From assembly GCF_964204645.1 (NCBI RefSeq), contig NC_134036.1, forward strand, positions 1,426,001 through 1,490,000: DNA of 64,000 nucleotides. The letters run 5' to 3'. Below the pieces are notes generated by a model. The model searched no databases. It had not been told where the DNA came from and was given only the letters and a program-made list of their open reading frames with translations. The stretch is from Tubulanus polymorphus (lineage: Eukaryota; Animalia; Nemertea). A program made the translations under genes and the position numbers. Below are positions 24,972-38,200 of this stretch, one piece after another. Each line of letters starts with the position of its first letter. Within the stretch, counting starts at the first letter, position 1.

Positions 24972-27900
24972 AATTATGATTCGAAATGCTGAAGAAAGGC
25001 AAACAATCAGAAAAGGGAATCTGAGTAAAGGCACCTGAGTAAAGGACATAAAGATTAACGTACTTTTCGTATTGAGGAACCTTAGGTCTACTCCAGAAAC
25101 TGTCCGGTTTTATTGTGTTTATGTTTACGATTACTTTTTTGTTCATGAATTATATTCATATATAATTTATATATCAGCTATCTAATTATGTATCTATAAA
25201 ACTGAGTGTTGTCTTACGTTATAATTTCAATGTAAATAAAGATATATTCAGATACTTTTCAAAAGAAATAGATTTCAATATAAAGATGATTTATGTAATT
25301 ATCACTGTTAATTAGATATTCTTAGTTAATATCATCACTCATATTTGTAATCACCGCGTTCACATCGTGTATCATCCACTTCCTTCCCTCACTGTTATCC
25401 ACCTATCCACCTAATATACATATACACTAGTAAAAGCGAAAACTCGTAATTTCTAGTGTAAAATAAACATAACTACTGACAGTAAGTTACCGTAAAATAA
25501 TTCACAATGACAATGTAATTGTACTGTGATTATCAATTCAGTCACTCTTAATTAATTATCTTTAATTAATCTAATTACTCATAATTTTCATCCGGTAAAG
25601 TTTCTACTATACATGTTATAATATATCTGCCGATATAGTATTTTTTTGTTGAAACTTTCGAGCCATGCATATAGTCTATCATATTACATATATATCTGTT
25701 TTTATATCAGTGCTTGTTTATCAGATGTTAATGATTATTATTATTTCTCTTTCTCACTTTGTTATATGTATGTAGAAATGTCAGTCACAAACAGTGCAAT
25801 TGTTTATACTGAATAAATATTTGAATTTGAATTGTATTACACTAGTAGCTAAAGCTCGTAATTTCTAGTATAAAATCAAGTTAACTACTGACAGTTAGTT
25901 GTTACCTGCTTTCACGTTTATTGATTATACACCCAGTCCTTATATAAATATAACTGATTATTTCAATTTCACAATGAACTCGAATATTGTACATAATCTA
26001 GAATAAAATATATAGATTTTACTGATTTGATTGTGTTTGTTTTTGTGTTTTCTGTTTTGTTTTTGTCTTGTTTTACGATTGAAGATTCTGGGTTCCTTCA
26101 GGTTTTATATCTTATTTGTCATGAAAATAAACAACTTTCTGCTGCCCTGCGACTCGATCACACCTATAGGGGGCAGAGGGGTTTACTTGAAGTGGGGTTG
26201 TTGCCGCTACGTGGCAGCACAATACGGCTTTTTCGAATTCCAGCAAATCATACGAATGACGTTTAAATTTCGTTTACAGGCTAAGCCTTAAATGGAAAAC
26301 TTAATATAAATGCCACTAGCAAATAACTACAAAAGAAAACATCAATTCAGTCACTCTTAATTAATTATCTTTAATTAATCTAATTACTCATAATTTTCAT
26401 CCGGTAAAGTTTCTACAATACATATATTACACTAGTAGCTAAAACTCGTAATTTCTAGTATAAAATCAAGTTAACTACTGACAGTTAGTTGTTACCTGTC
26501 GTCACGTTTATTGATTATACTCACAGTCCTTATATAAATATAACTGATTATTTTACTTTCATAATGAACTCGAATATTGTACATAATCTAGGATAAAATA
26601 TGTAGATTTTACTGATTTGAATTTGATGTTTATTTTTGCACTTAATGTTTTTATTTTTGTCTTGTTTAACAAAAGAAAATTCATTTCCGGAAATACATTC
26701 GGTGCTTTCTGTTTTGTTTTGTTTTGTTCTTGATTCGTTTTACAAAAGGAAAGTCTTTCATGAACTCATAGATTTACTTTAAATAGTTTACCAAAAAGTC
26801 ATCTTTTTCTGAAGTTGAACAAAAGACATGATTAGCCATTTTTGAAATTTCAACAATATGATTCATATGATAAACATTGGTAACAATGAATTTAGTTTAT
26901 TAGGAATGGAGTATTCTTTTGTGGTTGGATCAACACAAAATAATCACGGAGATTATAAAGCACGTAATGACTTACGATTCCGGGGGTCAGTTGGTTAGAG
27001 TTAATCAGTGGATCTTTGACCAACTTTTGAGCATTTGTGGCTCATAACATGCTTTAGAATATTGTGGTGATTTTTTGTTGTCAAGTTAAGACATTCTATT
27101 CTGATATCGCACTACGTGTATTCACGAAGATTTACAGCGCGATTTACAAAAACATCACGTATCAAAAACTTCCGAATGAAAATAATTTCTAAACTACATA
27201 AAAATCATTCAAATGGTTGTCTGTACTTCATAATGCAAGGTTTCTCATCTTGTTGACTGTAATAAGAGTAACCAACTGCACACGTTTGACGCCCAATGTT
27301 CATTTTCCCATTTAACTTTTTCCAATAATTTTCCAACAATTTTCTTCGTAATAGAACATATCTATCTTGAAAAGAGGAAGTTGTCGCAGAGTTTTTCACT
27401 GATCGCCGTTCAGACACGTCTTCCTTTGAACGACGAAGTTTTATTTTCAAACATAAAATACGTAAATCGCAATTTACTTCCTGGTAGACCGGTAGGCGAC
27501 GCTTTCGCGGATTTCACAGATGCGACGCATACATTCATTTAACACCGTGCACCTTTTATATTGTCAGTTATATAATACACTCCTGAATAGGAAGACGTTT
27601 TTTTAAACTCATGTGACCGAACGTTCAAGTATTATACATCAGAAAGCAGTTTGCTCGTACATTGTAACATCGTTTTGCGGCGTTAAAATCTACTTTCTTA
27701 AGGTTTATTTTCGCTCTGCTATTGTTTTTATTAGCGTTACGAAGGTCAAGTATCTACATCGCTAAAGGTAAGAAAAACAAATTATATTCTATCATCTTTT
27801 CGTGTTTTTATTATGTTTATACAATTCACTATAGTTAGGCTGATATAGAATATTTATACTCTGTTTCTCCTAATCGGCTGAGCGTCACATTCGTAAAACA

Positions 27901-28451
27901 TGATGAAATTTGTAATCAGTTCATTTCTATAACTGTCGGGTCTGTTATTGTTAGATTGATCATGATTTAAAACAAAAATAGTCATGTACAGGGTAGATAG
28001 ACGGTCAATTTATGAGCTCAGTAGAAATTTGAGAAACAAGGTAACAATTTTTGTAGCCTAAAATGCGAATCTTTGTAGATAGATCTTTATTGAAAGGAGG
28101 GGTATAGACCACGGACTTTAAATTAACTTGGGTTAAGCTCAGCAGAAATGAGAAACAAGGTACGAATTTTTAGCCAGTGTAAATTAAAGCTTATTCGGTT
28201 GACCCAGTTTTTTTTTCAATTGTTGAAGTTTCTGAAAAAGCTTGTCTGGTAGGCTATCATAGAATCGAAGGTACATGTATTCTATCATAGTGATTACATA
28301 TGGCCAATGGGTTCGTTTTCCCCCGTTAACGATCCTAAACTGACCACTAGTAGCCCCTAGACATCACGGTGTTATCATCCATGATATTTGTTTGTATACT
28401 ATTTCTATTAAAGGCTTTGTGCGGTTACAGTATGTATAGGAAGGTAAGGAT

Positions 28452-28457
28452 TAATAG

Positions 28458-28488
<31 letters not shown>

Positions 28489-28500
28489 GTATAATATTAA
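28452..28500. repeat. (AAT)n microsatellite
   Basis: AAT run that replaces about 125 bp present in the paralogous spacer (16041-16165). Confidence 0.85.
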
Positions 28501-28955
28501 TAGTTTTGGAAACACTGGTACGTGCGTTTAGTTAATATAATCCTGAAGCCGGGTCGTGCTACAGTGCTACTTTAATTCTACATGCTCATAATCTCGATCG
28601 CGGTTTAACTGTTTACAAAACGGACTAGAATATCAAACGTCTTGTCCACACACAGCGGTACCTGCGATATATTCTAAATCAGTGTTCATCTTCATTACAG
28701 AAGTGTTTGCCAATGATGTCGGTGTTGTTGCTAATGACGCAGTGCACATGAATATATGGTAAATAAAATCTACTAGGTTTTCGCAATGTCGCTTGGGAAA
28801 TGGCAAACGGTTATCTTAGAATTTCCACTTGTAAATTGGTAATTTTGTGAATTGTTTGTTAATTATTTATAGGACAGCAGCAGAACTGTATAGTTGTGCT
28901 GTGTGCGTTGGGCTTTACAAAGCAAATCCATGTCAGTAGCGATATCTATTTTCAG

Positions 28956-31177
28956 TTCCACCCGAATTCATTGTGCTGACTGAATTTCCAAACGGTCCAG
29001 TTGTCCAAGGCACATCGAAAACTCTGACTCCAGTAACCCAGAGTTTTCAATTGTCTGGGCGTACAGATATGGGGTATCAACATGGACAAATGTTTCACCC
29101 AACCCAGCAATCAATCATAAACCTGGTCCTCACAGTGGTCGGGTATCTACTAGTAGTTTGGTAGTTACAACCGATAAGGATAAAATGGAAGGCAATACAG
29201 ATGTACTGCTTATCAGAACGGTGTGTCTTTTCATGTGGTCACCAACTCCACGACACTGTCAGTATTGTGTAAGTGACGTTTATAACACCTTAAACAACAT
29301 CATTTTTCTTTTCTATTTTATCAAACTTTTTTTTTCTATATATAGGTTATATTATATTTCTAAAATATTCTTCTTTCCTGTAAAATGAAAAGTAGATGTT
29401 TCATATTCTATAGATTCGGCAGATTCTGTTTCGCTGACTCCAGTAAACTCTGTCGTAAGGGAAGGCGGCTCGATTCGGTTTAACTGTGCAGCAACTGGTG
29501 GAAATCCTGATAGTTTCACTTTCGTATGGCAATTCTCAACTGTTTCGGGTTTCTGGAAATCAATCGGATCCACGAATGATTATTTAGCCCTAGATAATGT
29601 ATCAAGAACTGATTCTGGGGCTGGTTGCATAGTCATGGCTTAGACTTAAGACTAGTCTAAGACCAACTTAGTTCTATAGCCAATCTAACAATTTAAGACC
29701 GGTCTTATGATTTAAGACCATTTTTGGACTTAAGTCATGACTGTGCAACTGGCCCCAGGACAATATAGATGTAATGCGACCAATACAGGAGGTTCTACTT
29801 TCAGTAATATCGCTTCTGTCGATGTTCAATGTAAGTAACCAGCCAATAAAGAGTTTTCCAGTTTCTAGGCACCATTATCCTGTACCCATTTATAAGGACT
29901 CTCAGATTATGGATGAATACAGTATTTAGAATGATTCTGATAATGTGACCAAAAACTTTTTCATTTTTCACAGATGCACCAACGCTCTCAGAGAAACTGA
30001 AACCTGTAGCCGCAAAAATAGGGGAAAGCGTTAGATTTATGATAGGCTACTATGCAAATCCGCAAGCGACGAGTTTAAACTGCATCCACGAGTTCATATA
30101 CAGAACTAATTGGTTCAGATCAGATATAATGTGCTGGGAAGTTACGATCGAATCAGTCCAGGCGTCTGATTATGGATCTCATTCGTGTCAACTGAAGAAT
30201 TCGATCGGTAGCCTGGATATTATTACATTGGATATCCTTAAAACTGGTAATTACTGTTCCGAATATTCTCATCGCTAATATTCCCCATTAATATCCACTT
30301 GCGGCTAACTAACGGCTGTGCAATACAAAAACAAAAAATGGCGAAAGTTTGTGTTTTGTAAGATGCTCAGCTAAATGAAGAAATCCCACACTTCGAATTT
30401 AAAATTATACGATCAAATTTATATTATGAAACCACAACGTTTCGGCTGTTGACTAACAGCCATCATCAGGTGGAATGCTCAGCTATTCGTTGAAACTAAT
30501 GACCTATCCTCGAACCGATCTTTGCACTTCTACTGATTTAGATATTGAAATTTCGCGTTTCAAACTTAATTTCTTCATTCAGTCGATGACAATGCATGGA
30601 CCGTCACGTCTTTAGTCCCGCTGATAATTGCTGGAGTGGTTCTTGGTAGCATTGCGTTCATTCTGATCGTAATATTTCTACTCGTGTATCCGATAAAACA
30701 ACTCAGAAACAGAGGAAATAAATCACGTGGAATGTAAGTTTTTATGGAATCATTTTGTTGTTGTCGTCCCTTTAATTGTTTCGCACCAAATGCCACCTTC
30801 TTTTTAAATGACAGAAAACTCATCAATAACAGATCACTAATACATAACTCATCAATTACAGATTAGTTTGATTTGGTTCGAATCCCATTAGTCCTTCAAA
30901 CCGACTATTTCGGTACCGTCTATTCAAAAGGTATTTGCTGAACCCAGAAATTTGAAGAATTGAAAAAATCGAGTTAAAATCGTCACTCTTTTATTTCAGT
31001 AAAACTAAAGATTTAACGACAGGTAAAAATTATTCATATAGAAATATGAATTTATTTTCTAGACTTCTAAATATTGAATGTTATTATTTTGACAATTTCA
31101 TCATTTTTAAACGTATTTTTATTATTACAGTTTATCGAAACAATGACCCGGATTCACGTATATATACAAGGAAGTAA
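28956..31177 (+). pseudogene. Ig-superfamily single-pass receptor pseudogene (at least 3 Ig domains + TM + short tail; nephrin/kirre/CD22-like architecture)
   Basis: Ig exon 28956-29268 has 13-nt and 1-nt deletions. Ig exon 29414-29830 (..IRFNCAATGGNP..W..LALDNVSRTDSG[MITE]QYRCNATN..) has an in-frame stop inside the insertion. Ig exon 29974-30246 (..DYGSHSCQLKNSIG..); TM exon 30583-30733; last exon 31131-31177. Confidence 0.8.
29618..29755. mobile_element. 138-bp PIF/Harbinger-like MITE inserted in an Ig exon
   Basis: Imperfect TIRs of about 26 bp (gggctggttgcatagtcatggctta / taagtcatgactgtgcaactggccc) flanked by CTG and CAG. Removing the element plus one CWG restores D-S-G-Q-Y-R-C. Confidence 0.85.
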
Positions 31178-31634
31178 TGATAGGAAAAAATGATCCATGA
31201 TTTTAATGATTTTAATTGGTGATCAATTAGCTTTGTGGTCACCCTATTCAGCTGATGCCTTTTTTCTGATACGGGGAAAACCAATGGTTTGTCTCATTTT
31301 ACACGAAAGGGGTGTCATGTCTATCGTGCTAAGGATTTAAGTGGAGTTAATCCGTTAACACTATGAATTAAACTGTTTTTTTTCTTGTTTTGATAATTTG
31401 TTCTTTTTACTTTCAAAGATTTTTTTTCTTTTATTTATTTTTTTCCTACTCAGGTAACGGCGACCCTTGATGTTCTGTTCTGGCCTCCTTCCTAACCTCC
31501 CCCACAGAGCAAAATAAACTAGCAAATCTGAAATTTGTTTAAACTTCCTTTAAAATGATTTATTTGAAAATCAAAAGGAAGTTAATTGCATAGATATGTG
31601 AGCGATATCATATTGCGTCATTCAGACAGACAAA

Positions 31635-34600
31635 ATGTATCGTGAAAGAAACATCTTTCGTTTTTTGCTGTTGTTTATTCTATGTCTATTCATCACAAAC
31701 ACATCAGGTGAGTTAATCAATACTCATTGGTTCCAGAGCTGTAAAAAATGCGGAAATCGTAAATATTGTATTGTATTTCAATCCATAAGAGAGCACCGGT
31801 GATAACCAGAGAAAGAAGAGAATTATTGTTGGAGAACAGCATTTGGAGAATATTTTTGTAAAATAATCTTCTTTTTGTCATTTCAGCGAAATGTTTTGGG
31901 AAGAGTTGTACTGGTTGGGAGTGTCATTGCAGTAATACAGCTGTGGACCAATGTCCAATAAGAAGTCGGAATACAGATGGCGCTTTAACGTGTCCAAATC
32001 CCAATTCTGCATGTGAGTCTACAATAAAAACTCCGTATCCCTGGACACCACCAGGATGGACCGGACCAGCTTGTCAAATCGGTAAGTTTTCTGTATCAAC
32101 TGTTTCTGCTCCAGTAAACCGGGATCAGGTCAAATATCACTGAACCTCGGATTTATATCAAATTAACGGATTAACTCCATGAAAGCCTTTACAAAAATAA
32201 ATCTTAAAGAATTAGGAATGAATGATGTAAATTTCATTAGATTTATCTCAGATTAACCGAATAACACTAAAACTAATCCGTATACGGATTAACGTCACTA
32301 ATCCATAAGCGGGAAAAAAATTTATTGGTAAAAATATCATAGATTTATGAAACTTCCGGGAACTGTCAACGAACTGAGATCAACTCGCGATGAAATAATC
32401 AAATTATTTCATCGCGTAAAGAAAAAAATGTTAGTTTTGTTTAATTCTAGTTGAAATTGTGAAATAACTTTGAATCAATTTGTTTTTGTTCGTTTTGAAA
32501 ATTCGTGAAATAATTCAAATCTCTTATTCACAAAATGTGTTTTGTAGGAAACGTGGCTCGTGGTAAAACAGTTGCAATGTCATCCATTCTCAGGATTGAA
32601 AGTGACTATCGCGGTAGTAAATGTACAGATGGTCAGATGGTAAGTGGAATGTGTCACACTAAAGATAATCAAGACGCCTGGATTAGAATTGATCTCGGTG
32701 CTCAATACGTCGTACATGAAGTTACACCTTGGGATAGAAGAGACGTGACTGGTTGCACCGATAACCCGTGGAATTCGTGGAGTGAGTACAAATTATTAAT
32801 GTTGATTGATCATCTAGGCCAAATCTGATAGAAAAAATATATAACTTCAGCTCGAAAAGCCTGGTTGAATATAAACCAAGTTTAGATGAGTGATTTTTTC
32901 AGAAAAGTTTGACCCGAGATAAGTTGAAACTTTGAACTCTACCGAAATATCGAACTCAGAGTCAACAATAATCAATAATCTGTAAATAAAGTCAGTTCGA
33001 CAACAATGTGTCTGTGGTATCCATGGATGACAACTTCGTAAAAAATACGTCATTGGAATTTTGAATCAACTTTTTCGACGTGTCAACATTTTCAGTCGAT
33101 AACTATAAATTTGTGTTAGGGGCCGTGCGCCTGTCGAAAACAATTAATTTATTTTTATATTTCTTTTTCAAAGAGTTTGAACAGAATTGTTTTGCACCCA
33201 AAGCAATCTTCAGCTTCCCGGATGTCGTGCATTATCATTTGTTTTCATCTTTCAAAGCTTCTTAATTCTTTTTCTCAGAAAAACGTTCGCGCAACCTGGA
33301 GATTCGAGTTGGAGATGAATATGGCAATGATACAAGTATTTCTACATCTAACCAGAAATGTGCTTACCATGGCTTACCCCCTCTCTGTGGTACACATAAA
33401 ACATTAGCATGCAGCCCAGGTCCTATAGTTGGACGATACGTCACCGTTCAACACAAGAACATTGGCTACGCAGAGTCTCTCGCACTGGCAGAAATAGAAG
33501 TTATCGGGTTCAAATATATCGGTAAGTTTTACATGACTATATATATGTGTAAACTATAAAGAGTATATGGAAATGGATTTTGCTTTTCTCGAAAATATTC
33601 AGTGACTTGTATATAGAATTTACCCCCGAACGAAAAATTTTGAAATGAAAAGAAGTCTCCCTTTATTACCAAAGTTTGGTTTTTAAGCACCCATTCATTT
33701 ATGGATTTATTATTGTTAAAATTAGATCGATTTTCATAAAAATATTCAGTGACTTGTAATGGGAATATATTTCCGAAAGATCGAACGATTCATATTTTTC
33801 GTATCAAATTTGAATTTCTGTTTAGCACCCGGTGATTGTAGTAAGGGATCGAACTCATTTGGATGTATGATTGAATGTAGATGTTACAACAGTGAAAGTT
33901 GTAACTATTTGAGTGGTATCTGTCAATCTGGCTGTTCACAGAATTACATCGGAAAGTGGTGCGAGTCAGGTATATTACACTGAATCATAGATTCCTGGGA
34001 ATCTCACTTCCTATTCCCGAAATATAGTAACCAATATGAATCGAAAATGATACCAAGTAAAAAAAAACCGAAAGTAAAAGATCCTTACCCTTTATTTTAT
34101 TCGATTCACCTGAAATTAACATCTCAGATTTCTTTTTCAGAATTGAAATCGTTTTCTCAATTAACAAAATCTGCGCTGACAGATAACAGTGTAAAAGTCA
34201 GATGGAGAGCTTACTCGGGTTCTGTAGTAGATTCAGGACGTGGTACTGTCAGCGTTCAGTATCTAGTCGTTTATCGTAAAATATCAGAAAAGACTTGGAC
34301 TAATCAGGAAACTGCAGGAGTCCTTACACATCGCACAATTACTGGTTTAACTCCTAATACCGGGTATAAGATAGCTGTTAGACTACAGAAAATAGTGAAC
34401 AATCAACTTATATCAACTGCGAGTCTGACTAGTACAGTATTAACTTTGTGTGCAGGTAAAACCCCTCATTCTAATAAACTCTTAATCATCATTTCAAACA
34501 CAGAATTGTGTTGAACATGTTTGTTTTACTGTAGATCCATTAAACGGTCCTAAAGGTGTTCGTGTGGTGTCCACAGCGGTTGAGAATAGTAACACGTGGC

Positions 34601-35217
34601 CCCAGACAACCAATCTGATACTTACATGGACCGTAAGTTTGCCTCAACCAGAATCACATAAATTCACCTGGGCCCGGTTTTATAGACTAGTGTTACCTTC
34701 AACCCGGGGCTAACTTAATTTAATTTCTTACTTTATCAACTAATTCACCTGATGTTCATTTATATCGATATGACAAGGGAAGAAAATGTGACCTTCCCTT
34801 TCAGTGACACATGATAAAAACATGTAGTGAATTATAATTATGTTGCAGGCTTTAACTGCTGCAGAGTTACAGTGTGACGTCACTAAAGCTGTTTATCAAG
34901 TCGAGTATAAACAACTGAACCGACAAACATGGACCACAAAAGTGGCGCAACCTACCGGCCTCACACTAACAGGACTAGAACCATATACTGATTATGAAGT
35001 TAGAGTTGGTGTAAAGAATGACGTCACTCAGAAATTCATTTACACCAAACCTAAAAGTTACAAAACGTCGACTGCGGGTAACTTAAAAATGAATGACGAG
35101 ACCAGTTTAAACGCAAGAAATCCCACATTAGATATAGCCAAAACGAGAAACTTGAATAAGAGTAAATGTAGTTGGCTCATAGGCATTAGCCGAAACATTG
35201 CACAAATACATTTGCTC

Positions 35218-35283
<66 letters not shown>

Positions 35284-38200
35284 TTGGAGAACAGCATTTA
35301 GAGAATGTTTTTTGTAAAACAATCTTCTTTTGTCATTTCAGTAATATGTTTTGGGAAGAGTTGTACTGGTTGGGAGTGTCATTGCAGTAATACAGCAGTG
35401 GACATATGTCCAATAAAGGGTCAGAATATAGATGGCGCTTTAACGTGTCCAAATCATAATACTGCATGTGAGTCTACAATAAAAACTCCGTATCCCTGGA
35501 CACCACCAGGATGGACCGGACCAGCTTGTCAAATCGGTAAGTTTTCTGTATCAACTGTTTCTGCTGCAGTAAACCGGGGTCAGGTCAAATATCACTGAAC
35601 CTCGGATTTATATCAAATTAACGGATTAACTCCATGAAAGCCTTTACAAAAATAAATCTTAAAGAATTAGGAATGAATGATGTAAATTTCATTAGATTTA
35701 TCTCAGATTAACCGAATAACACTAAAACTAATCCGTATACGGATTAACGTCACTAATCCATAAGCGGGAAAAAAATTTATTGGTAAAAATATCATAAATT
35801 TATGAAACTTCCGGGAACTGTCGACGAACTGAGATCAACTCTTAATTATTTCATCGCGTAAAGAAAAAAATGTTAGTTTTGTTTAATTCTAGTTGAAATT
35901 GTGAAATAACTTTGAATCAATTTGTTTTTGTTCGTTTTGAAAATTCGTGAAATAATTCAAATCTCTTATTCACAAAATGTGTTTTGTAGGAAACGTGGCT
36001 CGTGGTAAAACAGTTGCAATGTCATCCATTCTCAGGATTGAAAGTGACTATCGCGGTAGTAAATGTACAGATGGTCAGATGGTAAGTGGAATGTGTCACA
36101 CTAAAGATAATCAAGACGCCTGGATTAGAATTGATCTCGGTGCTCAATACGTCGTACATGAAGTTACACCTTGGGATAGAAGAGACGTGACTGGTTGCAC
36201 CGATAACCCGTGGAATTCGTGGAGTGAGTACAAATTATTAATGTTGATTGATCATCTAGGCCAAATCTGATAGAAAAAATATATAACTTCAGCTCGAAAA
36301 GCCTGGTTGAATATAAACCAAGTTTAGATGAGTGATTTTTTCAGAAAAGTTTGACCCGAGATAAGTTGAAACTTTGAACTCTACCGAAATATCGAACTCA
36401 GAGTCAACAATAATCAATAATCTGTAAATAAAGTCAGTTCGACAACAATGTGTCTGTGGTATCCATGGATGACAACTTCGTAAAAAATACGTCATTGGAA
36501 TTTTGAATCAACTTTTTCGACGTGTCAACATTTTCAGTCGATAACTATAAATTTGTGTTAGGGGCCGTGCGCCTGTCGAAAACAATTAATTTATTTTTAT
36601 ATTTCTTTTTCAAAGAGTTTGAACAGAATTGTTTTGCACCCAAAGCAATCTTCAGCTTCCCGGATGTCGTGCATTATTATTTGTTTTCATCTTTCAAAGC
36701 TTCTTAATTCTTTTTCTCAGAAAAACGTTCGCGCAACCTGGAGATTCGAGTTGGAGATGAATATGGCAATGATACAAGTATTTCTACATCTAACCAGAAA
36801 TGTGCTTACCATGGCTTACCCCCTCTCTGTGGTACACATAAAACATTAGCATGCAGCCCAGGTCCTATAGTTGGACGATACGTCACCGTTCAACACAAGA
36901 ACATTGGCTACGCAGAGTCTCTCGCACTGGCAGAAATAGAAGTTATCGGGTTCAAATATATCGGTAAGTTTTACATGACTATATATATGTGTAAACTATA
37001 AAGAGTATGGAAATGGATTTTGCTTTTCTCGAAAATATTCAGTGACTTGTATATAGAATTTACCCCCGAACGAAAAATTTTGAAATGAAAAGAAGTCTCC
37101 CTTTATTACCAAAATTTTGTTTTAAGCACCCATTCATTTAAGGATTATATTATTGTTAAAATTAGATCGATTTTCATAAAAATATTCAGTGACTTGTAAT
37201 GGGAATATATTTCCGAATGTTCAAACAGTTCATATTTTCGTATCAAATTTGAATTTCTGTTTAGCACCCGGTGGTTGCAGTAAGGGATCGAACTCATTTG
37301 GATGTATGATTGAATGTAGATGTTACAACAGTGAAAGTTGTAACTATTTGAGTGGTATCTGTGAATCTGGTTGTTCACAGAATTACATCGGAAAGTGGTG
37401 CGAGTCAGGTATATTACACTGAATCAGAGATTCCTTAGAATCTCGGTCCCAACTGTAAACGACTGAAAGTAAAGATCCTTGTTCATCTAAAACTAACATC
37501 AATCTATTTTCAGAATTTAAGTTGTTTTCGCTATTAACAGAATCTGCGCTGACAGATAACAGTGTAAGAGTCGGTTGGACAGCTTACTCGGGTTCTGTAG
37601 TAGATTCAGGACGTGGTACTGTCAGCGTTCTGTATCAAGTCGTTTATCGTAAGATATCAGAAAAGACTTGGACTAATCAGGAAACTGCAGGGGTCCTTAC
37701 ACATCACACAATTACTGGTTTAACTCCTTATACCAGGTATAAGATAGCTGTTAGACTACAGAAATTAGTGAACGGTCAACTTATATCAACTGCGAGTCTG
37801 ACTAGTATGACTAGTACAGTATTAACTTTGTGTGCAGGTAAAACCCCTCATTCTAATAAACTCTTAAACTGTAAATGAGTTAAACATGTTGCTGTCGTCA
37901 TCAAGTAGATGTCAATTCACAGAATCGCATTACTTAATTTGTCTGTGGTGTTTATTTCAGTACCAGGACCTCCCGCTTCTCTCGACTTCTCATTCACAAG
38001 GGATACATTGAAAACTACATTGACATGGACTTTACCAAACAGTCCAAATTGTGATGTCATCAATTATTGGGTAGGAATTAACTTGTCCTGACCATTAGAG
38101 GGCACCACCTGCGCTATACTGTAACGTGTCCCTATCTGTTTTCAGCTCACGTGTGAACCCATCAGTACAACTTCCACAACACCTTTAACAGACATAAAAA

